Shown: one piece after another, positions 30,072-40,298 of the stretch
Layout: each line of letters opens with the position of its first letter
Numbering within the stretch: position 1 is the stretch's first letter
Assembly (NCBI GenBank): GCA_965204725.1
Contig: OZ242005.1
Coordinates: 960,001 to 1,024,000, forward strand
Reading direction: 5' to 3'
DNA from: Candidatus Latescibacterota bacterium
Lineage (GTDB): Bacteria; Latescibacterota; UBA2968; UBA8231
Length of the DNA stretch: 64,000 nucleotides
Made by a program: the position numbers and the translations under genes
Notes under the pieces: model-generated
What the model was told of the DNA's origin: nothing
Databases searched by the model: none
Seen by the model: the letters and a program-made list of their open reading frames with translations, nothing else

Positions 30072-31298
30072 TTAGAGCTGGCTAATCCGCTCCATGGCTG
30101 CTTCGATCCGGTCGCGGTGATTGAAGGCCGACAGGCGCAAGTACCCCTCGCCAGCCGCGCCAAAACCCGCCCCCGGCGTCCCGACGATGTGGGCCTTGTC
30201 GAGCAAGTAGTCGAAATAGGCCCAACTGTCCTGCCCGTCGGGCGTGGCTACCCACAAATAGGGAGCGTGCTCGCCCCCATGCACGGTAAGCCCAGCCGCG
30301 CCCAACCGCTGGCGCATGATCGCGGCATTTTCCATGTAGAATGCAACGCGCTCGGCAATGCCCTGCTGGCCGGCCGGCGAGTACGCGGCCGCCGCACCGC
30401 GCTGCACCGGGTACGCCACGCCGTTGAACTTGGTCGAATGACGCCGCGCCCACAGCCGATGCAGGTCTAATTCCTCGCCCGAGCCCGCGCGGCCCGTAAG
30501 CTCCTTTGGCACCACAGTGTACCCACAGCGCAGGCCGGTAAAGCCGGCATTCTTGGAAAAACTGCGGAACTCGATGGCGACCTCTCGACCGCCTTCGACC
30601 TCGTAGATGGAGTGCGGGATGGACGGGTCTGTGATGTAGCTCTCGTAGGCCGCGTCGAATAGAATGACCGCCTGTTCCCGCCGAGCGTATTCGACCCAGC
30701 GGGCCAAGGAGTCGCGGGTCATGGCCGCGCCCGTGGGATTGTTGGGCGAGCACAAGTAGATCAGATCGACGTGTTCGGTGGGCAGGTCCGGGATGAAGCC
30801 GTTTGCGGCCGTACACGGCATGTAGATCAAACCGGCGTACGAACCGTGCGTGTCGGCCGGGCCGGTGCGGCCTGCCATGACATTGGAATCGCAGTACACG
30901 GGATAGACCGGATCGGTCAACGCGACCACGCAATCGCCGGCGAAAATCTCTTGCACGTTGGCCGAGTCGCACTTGGACCCGTCGGAAACAAAAATTTCGT
31001 CGCAGTGAACCGATACGCCGCGGGCGTCAAAGTCGTGCTCGGCAATGGCCGCACGCAAAAATTCTTGGCCTTGATCGGGCGGATAGCCCTGTAAGGTATC
31101 GTCGTGGGCCATTTCTTCGACGGCCTCTTTCATGGCATCGACGATGGGCCGCGGGATGCCTTTGACCACATCGCCGATCCCCAGGCGAAGCACATCGGCC
31201 TGCGGGTGCGCGGCCGCAAACGCATCGACCCGGCGGGCGATTTCTGGAAAGAGGTAACCGGCTTTGAGCTTGAGGTAGTGGTCGTTGATATGCACCAT
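30072..31298 (-). CDS. dapL: LL-diaminopimelate aminotransferase
   Basis: [40 protein letters not shown]. Confidence 0.93.
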   Translation of the reverse strand: MVHINDHYLKLKAGYLFPEIARRVDAFAAAHPQADVLRLGIGDVVKGIPRPIVDAMKEAVEEMAHDDTLQGYPPDQGQEFLRAAIAEHDFDARGVSVHCDEIFVSDGSKCDSANVQEIFAGDCVVALTDPVYPVYCDSNVMAGRTGPADTHGSYAGLIYMPCTAANGFIPDLPTEHVDLIYLCSPNNPTGAAMTRDSLARWVEYARREQAVILFDAAYESYITDPSIPHSIYEVEGGREVAIEFRSFSKNAGFTGLRCGYTVVPKELTGRAGSGEELDLHRLWARRHSTKFNGVAYPVQRGAAAAYSPAGQQGIAERVAFYMENAAIMRQRLGAAGLTVHGGEHAPYLWVATPDGQDSWAYFDYLLDKAHIVGTPGAGFGAAGEGYLRLSAFNHRDRIEAAMERISQL

Positions 31299-31377
31299 GA
31301 CATTGCTTTCTTTGTTTGAGAAGGGAGTAAAAAACTTAACCATAAAACCCGCGATTTCAAGCGGAGGAGAAAAGCTC

Positions 31378-32334
31378 GTGGACCTAAGTTTTATGACCAG
31401 CACCGGCGGCGCGAACCATTGGAGCCTCGACGAATGCGCTCGTTGGGCGCGAGAGCACGATTTTGACTGCGTACGATTGAACGACTCCGGCGCGCTCGAC
31501 TCGGATCACATTCTAGCGGTCGGCCCGGATGCGGTGTTGGCGACCTTGCGCCAGCACGGCCTGTATCTCGCCGCCCTCACCGCGCACTACAACCTGCTCG
31601 ACGACGACCACACCCAAGCCCGCGCCGCCCAAGCCAAGCTGCTCAAGGCCATTGCATCGGCCCGCGCCCTCAACTGCCCAGTCGTCGTCACCAGCAGCGG
31701 CGCACCCGTGCGCAACGGCCAGTTCTACGGCATGTTCTCCTCCGAGCCGGGCAACCCCAGCGACCGTTCCGACGAATTAGTGGACCGCTTCCAAGCCATG
31801 TTTGAACCCGTGGTGCAAGCGGCCGAAGACAGCGGCGTCCGGCTCGCCCTCGACGTGGCCGTGCGCATGGGCCAGATCGGCTGCAACCCGGAGATGTGGG
31901 AAAAAATTCTCGCGGCCGTGCCCTCGAAAAACCTCGGCCTGTCCTGCGACCCTTCGCACTGGCTGTGGATGCACATCCTGCCAGTCGAAGACGTCATCCG
32001 CGACTTTGCCGGCCATTGGTACTACGCCGATGTCAAAGACTGCGAGATTAGCGAGCGGATGCTCTACCGCCAAGGCATCATTGGCAATTGGTGGTGGCAA
32101 TACCGCGTCCCCGGCCGCGGCCAGCTCAACTGGAGCACCATCATCGGCGCGCTGTGGGAATCCGGCTACGACTACGTGCTGTGCGTCGAAAACGAGGACC
32201 GCGGCTTTCCCGGGCTAGAGGGCTTTGCCTTTGGCGGCCGCCACTTACGAGGCTTGCTACCGCCCAAGGAATCGAACTTTAAGCGGCAAGGCTCCCCTTG
32301 GCAGACGAGCGGGTGGGAGCGCAGGGCTGAGTGA
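31378..32334 (+). CDS. Sugar phosphate isomerase/epimerase (xylose isomerase-like TIM barrel)
   Basis: GGAGG RBS + GTG; [26 protein letters not shown]. Confidence 0.8.
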   Translation: MDLSFMTSTGGANHWSLDECARWAREHDFDCVRLNDSGALDSDHILAVGPDAVLATLRQHGLYLAALTAHYNLLDDDHTQARAAQAKLLKAIASARALNCPVVVTSSGAPVRNGQFYGMFSSEPGNPSDRSDELVDRFQAMFEPVVQAAEDSGVRLALDVAVRMGQIGCNPEMWEKILAAVPSKNLGLSCDPSHWLWMHILPVEDVIRDFAGHWYYADVKDCEISERMLYRQGIIGNWWWQYRVPGRGQLNWSTIIGALWESGYDYVLCVENEDRGFPGLEGFAFGGRHLRGLLPPKESNFKRQGSPWQTSGWERRAE

Positions 32335-32395
32335 CGCTTGCCGTTGGGACCGTTTGCCCTATTATTTGCCACGCGCAACCAGCCACAGAGGAGCC

Positions 32396-34069
32396 ATGAG
32401 CACAAACAAAAACCGCGACTTCATCCGCGAAGCCATTGACGCCGATCTCAAAAGCGGCCGCTACGACAAGGTCATTACCCGCTTCCCACCCGAGCCGAAC
32501 GCATACCTGCACATCGGCAGCGTCAAGGCCATCTCGATCAACTTCGGCATTGCCGCCGACTACGGAGGCCAGTGCAACCTCCGCTACGACGACACCAACC
32601 CCACGCGCGAAGAGCAAGAATACGTGGATTCCATGCAGGAGGACATTCGCTGGCTCGGCTACGACTGGGGGCCTCGGCCCTACTACGCTTCCGATTACTT
32701 CGACCAGCTCTACGACTGGGCCGTCGTGCTCATCAAAAAGGGCTTGGCATACGTGGATGACCAGACTGCGGACGCGATCCGGGAAAACCGCGGTACGCTC
32801 ACCGAGCCGGGCAAAAACAGCCCGTACCGCGACCGCTCCATCGAGCAAAACCTCCACCTTTTCGAGCAAATGAAAGCCGGCGCGTTCCCCGATGGCAGCC
32901 GCGTGTTGCGCGCCAAAATCGACATGACCGCGCCCAACATCAACCTGCGCGACCCGGTCCTGTACCGCATCATGCACACCCCCCATCACCGCACCGGCGA
33001 CGCTTGGTGCATCTATCCGCTCTACGACTGGGCCCACGGCCAGAGCGACTCCATTGAGGGCGTTACGCACTCGTTGTGCTCGGACGAATTTATCAACAAT
33101 CGCCCCCTGTACGATTGGTTCATCCAACAGCTCGGCATCTTCCCCTCGCGCCAAATCGAATTCGCCCGCGGCAACATCACGTACACGGTTTTGTCCAAGC
33201 GCTACATCCGGCAGCTCATCGAGCAAAAGCGGGTGTCTGGCTGGGACGATCCCCGGCTCTACACCTTGCGCGGCCTGCGCCGCTTGGGCTGCCCGCCCGA
33301 AGCCATCCGCCGCTTCTGGGCCGAAGCGGGCATCGCCCGCCGCGGCAACAACATCGACGTCTCGCTCCTCGAATACTGCATCCGCGACCAGCTCAACAAG
33401 ACCGCGCCGCGCCGCATGGCCGTGCTCAATCCGCTCAAGGTCGTCATTGAAAACTACCCAGCGGACCAAAGCGAAATGCTAACGGCCATCAACAACCCAG
33501 AAGACGAAAGCGCCGGCACCCGCTCCATCCCCTTTTCGCGGCACCTCTACATCGAGCGCGAAGACTTTATGGAAGACCCGCCGCGCAAGTTCTTTCGCCT
33601 CGCCCCGGGCCGCGAAATCCGCCTGCGCTACGCCTATTTCATCACCTGTACCGAGGTGGTCAAAGACGACCACGGCGAGGTCGTCGAATTGCGCTGCACG
33701 TACGACCCAGCCACTCGGGGCGGCAATGCCCCCGACGGCCGCAAGGTCAAAGCCACCCTGCACTGGGTCTCGGCCCCCCATGCGGCCCCAGCCGAGGTGC
33801 GGCTCTACGACCGGCTCTTCAAGGTCGAAAAACCGCTCGAAGCGCCGCCCGGAGGCACTTGGCTGGACAACCTCAACCCAGACTCGCTCAAAGTCCTCAA
33901 CCCCTGCTATCTAGAGCCATCCCTCGTCGAGATGGCCCCGGGGGATTCCTGCCAATTTGAGCGGCTCGGCTACTTCTGCGCCGATAGCTCGGACCACGCC
34001 CCGGACGCGCCTGTCTTTAACCGCACCGTCACCTTGCGCGACACTTGGGCGCGGCTGCAAAAGCGCTAA
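32396..34069 (+). CDS. glnS: Glutamine--tRNA ligase (atypical HIGS motif)
   Basis: [53 protein letters not shown]. Confidence 0.92.
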   Translation: MSTNKNRDFIREAIDADLKSGRYDKVITRFPPEPNAYLHIGSVKAISINFGIAADYGGQCNLRYDDTNPTREEQEYVDSMQEDIRWLGYDWGPRPYYASDYFDQLYDWAVVLIKKGLAYVDDQTADAIRENRGTLTEPGKNSPYRDRSIEQNLHLFEQMKAGAFPDGSRVLRAKIDMTAPNINLRDPVLYRIMHTPHHRTGDAWCIYPLYDWAHGQSDSIEGVTHSLCSDEFINNRPLYDWFIQQLGIFPSRQIEFARGNITYTVLSKRYIRQLIEQKRVSGWDDPRLYTLRGLRRLGCPPEAIRRFWAEAGIARRGNNIDVSLLEYCIRDQLNKTAPRRMAVLNPLKVVIENYPADQSEMLTAINNPEDESAGTRSIPFSRHLYIEREDFMEDPPRKFFRLAPGREIRLRYAYFITCTEVVKDDHGEVVELRCTYDPATRGGNAPDGRKVKATLHWVSAPHAAPAEVRLYDRLFKVEKPLEAPPGGTWLDNLNPDSLKVLNPCYLEPSLVEMAPGDSCQFERLGYFCADSSDHAPDAPVFNRTVTLRDTWARLQKR

Positions 34070-34085
34070 GGCCCTCCCGCCGCGC

Positions 34086-34856
34086 ATGCGGGTTTCGCGC
34101 CTCCTATCGGCCTTGCTGCTGGCGGCCCCGGTTGCCGCCGAAGAGGTCTTCGTGCCGGCCGGTCCCTTCACCATGGGCATCGACCACCCGCGCGCCACCG
34201 ACGAAAAGCCCCGCCGCCAAGTCTATCTCAGCGCCTTTTCCATCGACCGCTACGAGGTCACCAACGCCCGCTTCGCCGCCTTTGTCGCGGCGACCGGCTA
34301 CCAGACGGAGGCGGAAAAACGCGGGGTGGAAAAGGCCGATGGCATTAGCTGGCGTCAGCCCCACGGCCCCGGCGCGGCGGCCGCTCCAAACCATCCGGTC
34401 GTCTATGTTAGCTGGCGCGATGCCGAGGCGTATTGCGCTTGGCGCGGCGGTCGGCTGCCCACCGAGGCCGAGTGGGAAAAAAGTGCCCGCGGCTCCGATG
34501 GTCGGCTCTGGCCTTGGGGCGCGGCGTTTGCCGCTGGCCGCGCCAATGTTTGGGGCGCGGAAGACGGCTATGCCGGGTTGGCTCCGGTCGGCTCTTTTCC
34601 CGCCGGCGCCAGCCCGTACGGCGCACTCGATCTAGCCGGTAACGTGTGGGAGTGGTGCGCCGACTGGTACGACGCCGACTATTATGCCACAGCACCGACC
34701 CAAGACCCGCAAGGGCCAGCGACTGGCCGCTTCAAGGTCTTGCGCGGCGGCTCGTGGATCAACCGCGGCCCCACGCTGCGGAGCATCAACCGCTTCGAGG
34801 TCCTGCCCGTAGAGCGCAGCCCCTATATCGGTTTCCGCTGCGCTCGCTCTCCATGA
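34086..34856 (+). CDS. FGE-sulfatase (SUMF1/EgtB/PvdO) domain protein, secreted
   Basis: Signal peptide; YEVTN, HPVVYVSW, RLPTEAEWE, GNVWEW, RGGSW, GFRC; lacks the catalytic Cys pair. Confidence 0.88.
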   Translation: MRVSRLLSALLLAAPVAAEEVFVPAGPFTMGIDHPRATDEKPRRQVYLSAFSIDRYEVTNARFAAFVAATGYQTEAEKRGVEKADGISWRQPHGPGAAAAPNHPVVYVSWRDAEAYCAWRGGRLPTEAEWEKSARGSDGRLWPWGAAFAAGRANVWGAEDGYAGLAPVGSFPAGASPYGALDLAGNVWEWCADWYDADYYATAPTQDPQGPATGRFKVLRGGSWINRGPTLRSINRFEVLPVERSPYIGFRCARSP

Positions 34857-36511
34857 CCCTGCTCATCGCGCTCTGGGCCGCACTTTTAGCGGCCTGCGAC
34901 GCGCCGACTCCCTCGCCGGCCCCCCCGCGCTTTGCCGAAGTGACCAAAGCCGCGGGACTTCACTTTGAGATGCGTTCCGGCGGGCAGGTCAAAAACTATA
35001 TCGTTGAAGCCAAGGGCGGCGGGGGCGCGTTTTTCGACTACGATGGCGACGGTTGGCTCGACATCTACTTGGTCAACGGCTCGCGGTTGGAAGGCTATCC
35101 CGACTCGACCTCGGCCCCGACTAACGCCCTCTACCGCAACTTGGGCGACGGCACCTTTAAGGACTATACCCGCTCAGCCGGGGTTGGCGATGCGGGTTGG
35201 GGCATGGGCTGCGCGGTGGCCGATTACGACCGGGACGGCGACCTCGACCTCTACGTGACCAATTACGGCCCCAACGTCCTGTACCGGAACGAGGGCACGG
35301 GCCGGTTCCGCGACGTCGGTCAGACCGCCGGCGTCGATCTAGCGGGCTGGAGCACCGGGGCTAGCTTCGGCGATTACGACCGGGACGGTGATCTCGACCT
35401 CTACGTGGCCCAGTACTTGGACTTTGCGCCCGAGCGCGTTCCGCCCCGGGGCGGAATGTGGAAGGGGGTTCTGGTCTTTGCTGGCCCATCCGGCCTCCCC
35501 GGGGCTCAAGACGTCCTGTACCGGAACGAGGGCGATGGCCGATTCCGCGACGTCACGCGCCAAGCCGGGGTCGATCAACCGACGCCGACCTACGGCCTGA
35601 GCGTCCTTTTTTGCGATTACGACCAAGACGGCGACTCAGACCTCTACGTCGCCAATGACTCGGCCCCCAATTTTCTCTATCGGAACGAAGGAAACGGCCA
35701 ATTCCGCGACGTCGGCGTGGAAGCTGGCGCCGCTCTCAGTGCCGAGGGTGGGGCGCAAGCGGGCATGGGCATCGCGTATGGGGACTGCGATGGCGATGGC
35801 GACAGCGACCTTTTGGTCACCCACTTTGAGGACGACTACAACACCCTGTACCGCAATCGCAGCGACGGGACCTTTGCCGTGGCCAGTGCTGCGGCCGGCC
35901 TCGCCGAGCCGAGCCTGCCCCACTTGGCCTTTGGCGCGTGTTTTTTCGATTACGACAACGACCAAGACCAAGACCTCTTCGTCGCCAACGGCCACGTCTA
36001 TCCCCAAATGCGACACCTGAACCCAGACGGGTACGCCGAACCCAACCAGCTTTTTGCCAATCAGGGCTTGGCCGCTGACTACCGCTTCGCGGAAGTGGTC
36101 GCCGGGGATATAAGCCGCCCGGCCGTCAGCCGCGGCGTCGCCCAAGGGGACTATGACAACGATGGAGATGTAGATCTTTTGGTCTGCAACCTCGACGGAC
36201 CGCCGCAACTGTTGCGCAACGACGGCGGCAACCAGCGCAACTATCTGAGCCTGCTGTTGGTCGGTACTGCGTCCAATCGCGATGGCATTGGGGCGCGGGT
36301 TTCCGCCGTCAGTGGCGGGGTCGAACAGGTCGTCGAGCGGGTCAGTGGCGGCAGCTTTCTCTCGCACAGCGACGGGCGCATCCACTTGGGCTTGGGCGCG
36401 AACACCATGGCCGAGCGCGTTGAAATCCACTGGCCTTCGGGCCGCGTCCAGCGCTTAGAGGACGTGGCCGCGAATCAGTTTTTGGTGGTAGAAGAACCGG
36501 GGCCGTACTGA
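34853..36511 (+). CDS. CRTAC1-family FG-GAP + ASPIC/UnbV lipoprotein
   Basis: LLAAC lipobox; repeated DYDxDGxxDLYV; C-terminal SNRDGIGARV...HLGLG...WPSG. Confidence 0.88.
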   Translation: MTLLIALWAALLAACDAPTPSPAPPRFAEVTKAAGLHFEMRSGGQVKNYIVEAKGGGGAFFDYDGDGWLDIYLVNGSRLEGYPDSTSAPTNALYRNLGDGTFKDYTRSAGVGDAGWGMGCAVADYDRDGDLDLYVTNYGPNVLYRNEGTGRFRDVGQTAGVDLAGWSTGASFGDYDRDGDLDLYVAQYLDFAPERVPPRGGMWKGVLVFAGPSGLPGAQDVLYRNEGDGRFRDVTRQAGVDQPTPTYGLSVLFCDYDQDGDSDLYVANDSAPNFLYRNEGNGQFRDVGVEAGAALSAEGGAQAGMGIAYGDCDGDGDSDLLVTHFEDDYNTLYRNRSDGTFAVASAAAGLAEPSLPHLAFGACFFDYDNDQDQDLFVANGHVYPQMRHLNPDGYAEPNQLFANQGLAADYRFAEVVAGDISRPAVSRGVAQGDYDNDGDVDLLVCNLDGPPQLLRNDGGNQRNYLSLLLVGTASNRDGIGARVSAVSGGVEQVVERVSGGSFLSHSDGRIHLGLGANTMAERVEIHWPSGRVQRLEDVAANQFLVVEEPGPY

Positions 36512-36513
36512 TC

Positions 36514-37365
36514 TCATGGCTGCCAACACGCATCAATCCGCTGCATCTGCTCGATTGTAAAGCGCAATGCGTTGGCGATGTTTTGAATGGCCTCTATCTC
36601 GTCCAGCGAAAGCGTCCGGCCCTTGCGCGACTTGAGGTACGTGTCGAGCACTGCGTAGCCGTCAATATGAAATTCCCACACGTCCTGCGGCACCGCGGAG
36701 AAATAGTCCGTCTTGTTGATGTACAACCGCTCGTGTTTGGCGTCGTACTGTACATTTTCTACGTCGAAGTCGCCGCCCGTGACATCTACCGCCACCGCTT
36801 GCGGTATCGACTTAAACAAGTGAACTTGCAACAATTCCCAGCCGAGCGTTGACAGTTTGGCGAAAGTCTCGCGCTCATCGACAAAGGGAATGTGCGCGAA
36901 GTCCCGCTTGAGAAGCTCCCGATATTTTGTGCGGTACGTCGGACTGTGCATTACGGCGTACATATAGCCCAAGAGAACTTCTGGACTGTAGCAACATTTG
37001 TATTTCTCGTCCGCGAATTTGCGGAATTGCGGACTAAAGTTTTCAATCCGCTCTTTTCCCTCGAAAGGATCGACTTCCTCGAACAGCGTCCTCGCGGTTT
37101 GTAGCCGATCCGGTGTTTGGTAGAGGTAAAGCGGGAAGAGATAACTTATGTCGTAGCGACTGCCGGCTTTATGGGAGATGATGTGCTCGGTTGCGAGTAC
37201 GGTCCAATCGTCTTTCGTGATCCGCGTCGTAACAAGGCCGATGTTCTCTCCCGCCAGCATGTGGCGCATTGTGTCATGCACTGGCCATCCTAAAAATCCT
37301 TTTGATAGATTTGTATGATAGGTCCATCTAAAATCAAAAGGTCTGTGCAAACATATAGCGATCCG
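36514..37365 (-). pseudogene. C-terminal remnant of a type ISP-like restriction-modification enzyme
   Basis: HRPFDFRWTY, LFPLYLY, YMYAVMHSPTYR, LKRDFAHIP, VWEFHIDGYAVL; 5' part replaced by IS630 sequence. Confidence 0.75.
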
Positions 37366-38002
37366 ACCCCCAAGCGGGGATCGCACGGCGCGCCGAGATA
37401 AAAAAAACTAGCCGCGCATAAGGAGGACCTCCAAGCGGGTCGTCTCCGTGCCTTTTTTGTCGACGAGTCGCACCTACACTGGGGCGATGCCTGTGGGTAT
37501 GCTTGGGGACGGTCGGGTCAACGGCGTACGGTGTGCATTGAAAATGAACGGCAACGGCAAACCTATTATGGGGCCTTGGATGGGGTTAAGGGCACCTTCC
37601 TCATGCAAAGCTACCCGAAGGCGAATTCACAGCATACGGTGGACTTTATACGCTATATACAACAGCGTCGTCCCGGTCAGCAGGTGTTGATCTTTTGGGA
37701 TGGGGCGTCCTACCATTATCAACAGGCCATGCGGGCTTTTCTCAAAACAATCCAAGCACACCGACCGACCGATGAATGGAAGGTACGCTGTATGCGATGT
37801 AGCCCCTTATACACCACAAGAAAATCCCATCGAAGATATTTGGTTAAAAGGGAAAACCTTTGTGCGTACTCATGCGTTGTGGACCACAAGCTTTGAACAG
37901 ATCAAAGACCTATTTGTCGAGGGCATTCGACAGAAAAAATACTTCCATTTTCCTAAGTTACAGCAATATATAACATCTCTTAAATGATGTAGAATTGCTA
38001 TA
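37365..38002 (+). mobile_element. IS630-family element remnant (5'-truncated, frameshifted transposase)
   Basis: A8 slippery run near 37400; FFVDESHLHWGD, IFWDGASYH and (in a shifted frame) PQENPIEDIW DDE motifs; right end GAATTGCTATA. Confidence 0.85.
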
Positions 38003-38100
38003 TAGCCATCCTAAATGACTTGAAAGCATGGAATTTTGCCTACGAGGAGTCATTCCCGCGAACGCGGGAATCCAGTCTTGAGTGATGTATGGTTGCTATA
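38001..38100 (+). mobile_element. MITE family B copy abutting the IS630 right end
   Basis: TATAGCCATCCTAAAT...GATGTATGGTTGCTATA ends with TA borders; internal GTCATTCCCGCGAACGCGGGAATCCAG palindrome. Confidence 0.8.
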
Positions 38101-38127
38101 TCTATAACTTAAGCCGGGTGGTGAAAC

Positions 38128-40236
38128 TCACGGCAACTTCGTCGTCTTTTTCGCTTCTACCTGTCCGTCGATTTCGACCTGATAGAGATACACGCCGGCG
38201 GCCACGTCTTTGCCCGTCTCGTCGCGGCCATCCCATATCAACCGATGGCTGCCGGCCCCCAGCGGCCCCTGCCACACCTGACGCACTCGACGACCCAACA
38301 CGTCGTACACCGTCAGCGACACGCGCTCCGTGTCCTCGGCCAAATCAAGGGGCAGCACCACCGCCGGATTGAACGGATTGGGATAGCTGTCGCCCAGCCG
38401 ATGCTGCGCCGGCAGGGCTGCCGCTAGCGTCCGTACCGCTGTTAGCGGACCGCCCTGCAAACTCTTGAGCAGATGCACTCCGCCCAAGACCGGATCCAAC
38501 ACCACCAAATCGACATCGCCGTCGCCATCAACATCGCCCGGCAGCACCTGTACCCCATCGCCCGCTAAGCGATGCGTTTCCACTGCTTCTGTTGGGTTCA
38601 CGCCCCCGCCCCATTCGACGAACACCCCAAAGCCCGAAGCGCGATCGCCGCCGACAAACGCCCAATCCTCGACCCCATCGGCATTCAAGTCGCGCACCAC
38701 TACCGGCGAGCGCAAAAACAGCCGCTCATCATACAACACCTCCGCCTCCACATCGCCTCCGGGTCGGCTACGCCGTACAACCAGTCCCTTGCGTTGTTCG
38801 GTCCCGTCGTAGCGCAGGGCCGTCAGCAGCTCTATCTGCCCATCGTCATCCACATCGTTCCCATATAAAAAAAGAGGCCAACCACCCGACTCAAAAGCCA
38901 ATGGCTCGCCCGCTAGAGACGCTTCCCCCAAGCGAGTCACCTGCCATGAGTACGCGTCGCCGAAGACCGACATCCATAGACCCTCCAACATCCCGTTGCC
39001 GGTAAGGTCGCCGATCTGATAGAGGTAGAGGGGGCCGTTTTCAGGTTTCGCCAATCGCGAGGACGACCACACCCCATTTGCTACATCCCATACTTCAAAA
39101 TAGGACTCGCCGTCCGTTGGATATCCGTTTGCATCGTATTCGAGTGCTGTGGAAAAAAGTTCGACATCGCCGTCGCCATCCCAATCCGCTAGGCCCTTAA
39201 ATAAACGGTCTCTCATCTGCACGAGCTCCTCGATCGCAAGGGCTGATCCCATAGACACAACTGCTATGTCAAGCCAGCCAGCCAGCACAATCTCGTCTTG
39301 GCCGTCGCCGGTCAAATCGCCTGCGTGTATCCCTGATAAGGCTTCCGAGACCGGCATCTCCTCTGTGAGCACGGGCTTAAAGGACCCCTCACCGTCGTTG
39401 CGGGCCACAACCCAACCGGAGATAGGCCACTTCCCCGGTGGGGTATCCTCCCAAGCAGAGAAAAGGTCTAGGTCGCCATCGCCGTCCAAGTCCGTTAAAA
39501 CGCTAGCCCTATCGAAGACGAAGATCCCCCCTAAACCCGGCACAATAGGAAGAAAGACCGGCGGAGCAAAGTACTGGCCCCCTGCAAAGCGAAAGTACTC
39601 GGCTTGAGGCGGCGGTAGTTCTCCCTGTATGATCTCTTCCACGCCGGTCAACTCAATCCAGTCAATCGCCAAGCTGCCAACTTTTTCCGCCGCAGGCCGG
39701 GGCATTCCTGTTTCACTTCGATCCAAGGAAAAACTCAGCCGAATATCCCGTACCATCCCATCCCACAGAGCCTTGCGATGACTGGCAAGGTCAATTTCTA
39801 CTTCTTGCCACTCGGTCGTATAAACGAAGTCGCCTTGTACGAGAATCCCAAACCGACCTTTCGATGGCTCAGGATCCCTACCGGGAGAAGTACGGTTGTG
39901 TTCATTCGTCCAGCGGAGGGCTAAGGAACCCAAAGTAGGACTGTGATGTGCGATCCGAAATCGGACTCGGACCCGGTCGAAAAGGCGCGAATCGTAGTCT
40001 ATCGTCGGAGAGATCACTTCGACACTCGGATTGTGGTCATCGGAGCGAAAGGTCTCGATCTCCCACACGCTGTCTTTGACCACACTGGACAATAGGTGAA
40101 AGGCATGTCGGCCACCGGATGCGAGACTCTTTTTAGCAGCCCACCCTTGCGTCGTCTCTCCGTCGAAATCCCACCGGATCGCCTCGGCCGGGCTACTCCA
40201 TACCATAAAGCCTGCAACAACAGCGAGTTTCAACAC
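38128..40236 (-). CDS. Secreted CBM-like + FG-GAP repeat + FlgD/T9SS-like C-terminal domain protein (paralogue 3)
   Basis: GGAGG + GTG 40236; signal ending AEA; WDFD..GW...IDWIELT; DLDGDGDLDL repeats; SYPNPFNP...WDGRD...GVYLY. Confidence 0.85.
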   Translation of the reverse strand: MLKLAVVAGFMVWSSPAEAIRWDFDGETTQGWAAKKSLASGGRHAFHLLSSVVKDSVWEIETFRSDDHNPSVEVISPTIDYDSRLFDRVRVRFRIAHHSPTLGSLALRWTNEHNRTSPGRDPEPSKGRFGILVQGDFVYTTEWQEVEIDLASHRKALWDGMVRDIRLSFSLDRSETGMPRPAAEKVGSLAIDWIELTGVEEIIQGELPPPQAEYFRFAGGQYFAPPVFLPIVPGLGGIFVFDRASVLTDLDGDGDLDLFSAWEDTPPGKWPISGWVVARNDGEGSFKPVLTEEMPVSEALSGIHAGDLTGDGQDEIVLAGWLDIAVVSMGSALAIEELVQMRDRLFKGLADWDGDGDVELFSTALEYDANGYPTDGESYFEVWDVANGVWSSSRLAKPENGPLYLYQIGDLTGNGMLEGLWMSVFGDAYSWQVTRLGEASLAGEPLAFESGGWPLFLYGNDVDDDGQIELLTALRYDGTEQRKGLVVRRSRPGGDVEAEVLYDERLFLRSPVVVRDLNADGVEDWAFVGGDRASGFGVFVEWGGGVNPTEAVETHRLAGDGVQVLPGDVDGDGDVDLVVLDPVLGGVHLLKSLQGGPLTAVRTLAAALPAQHRLGDSYPNPFNPAVVLPLDLAEDTERVSLTVYDVLGRRVRQVWQGPLGAGSHRLIWDGRDETGKDVAAGVYLYQVEIDGQVEAKKTTKLP

Positions 40237-40298
40237 GATCGTTATACCCTCCCGGCGGTCCCGCAGCGGCGGCCCGAACAACAACATCGGCAAGCGGT

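Noticed and set aside
34086-34856. Formylglycine-generating enzyme for the sulfatase at 9.8 kb
   Set aside because: Has RGGSWINR where true FGE has the RGGS..C....C catalytic cysteines, and carries a signal peptide
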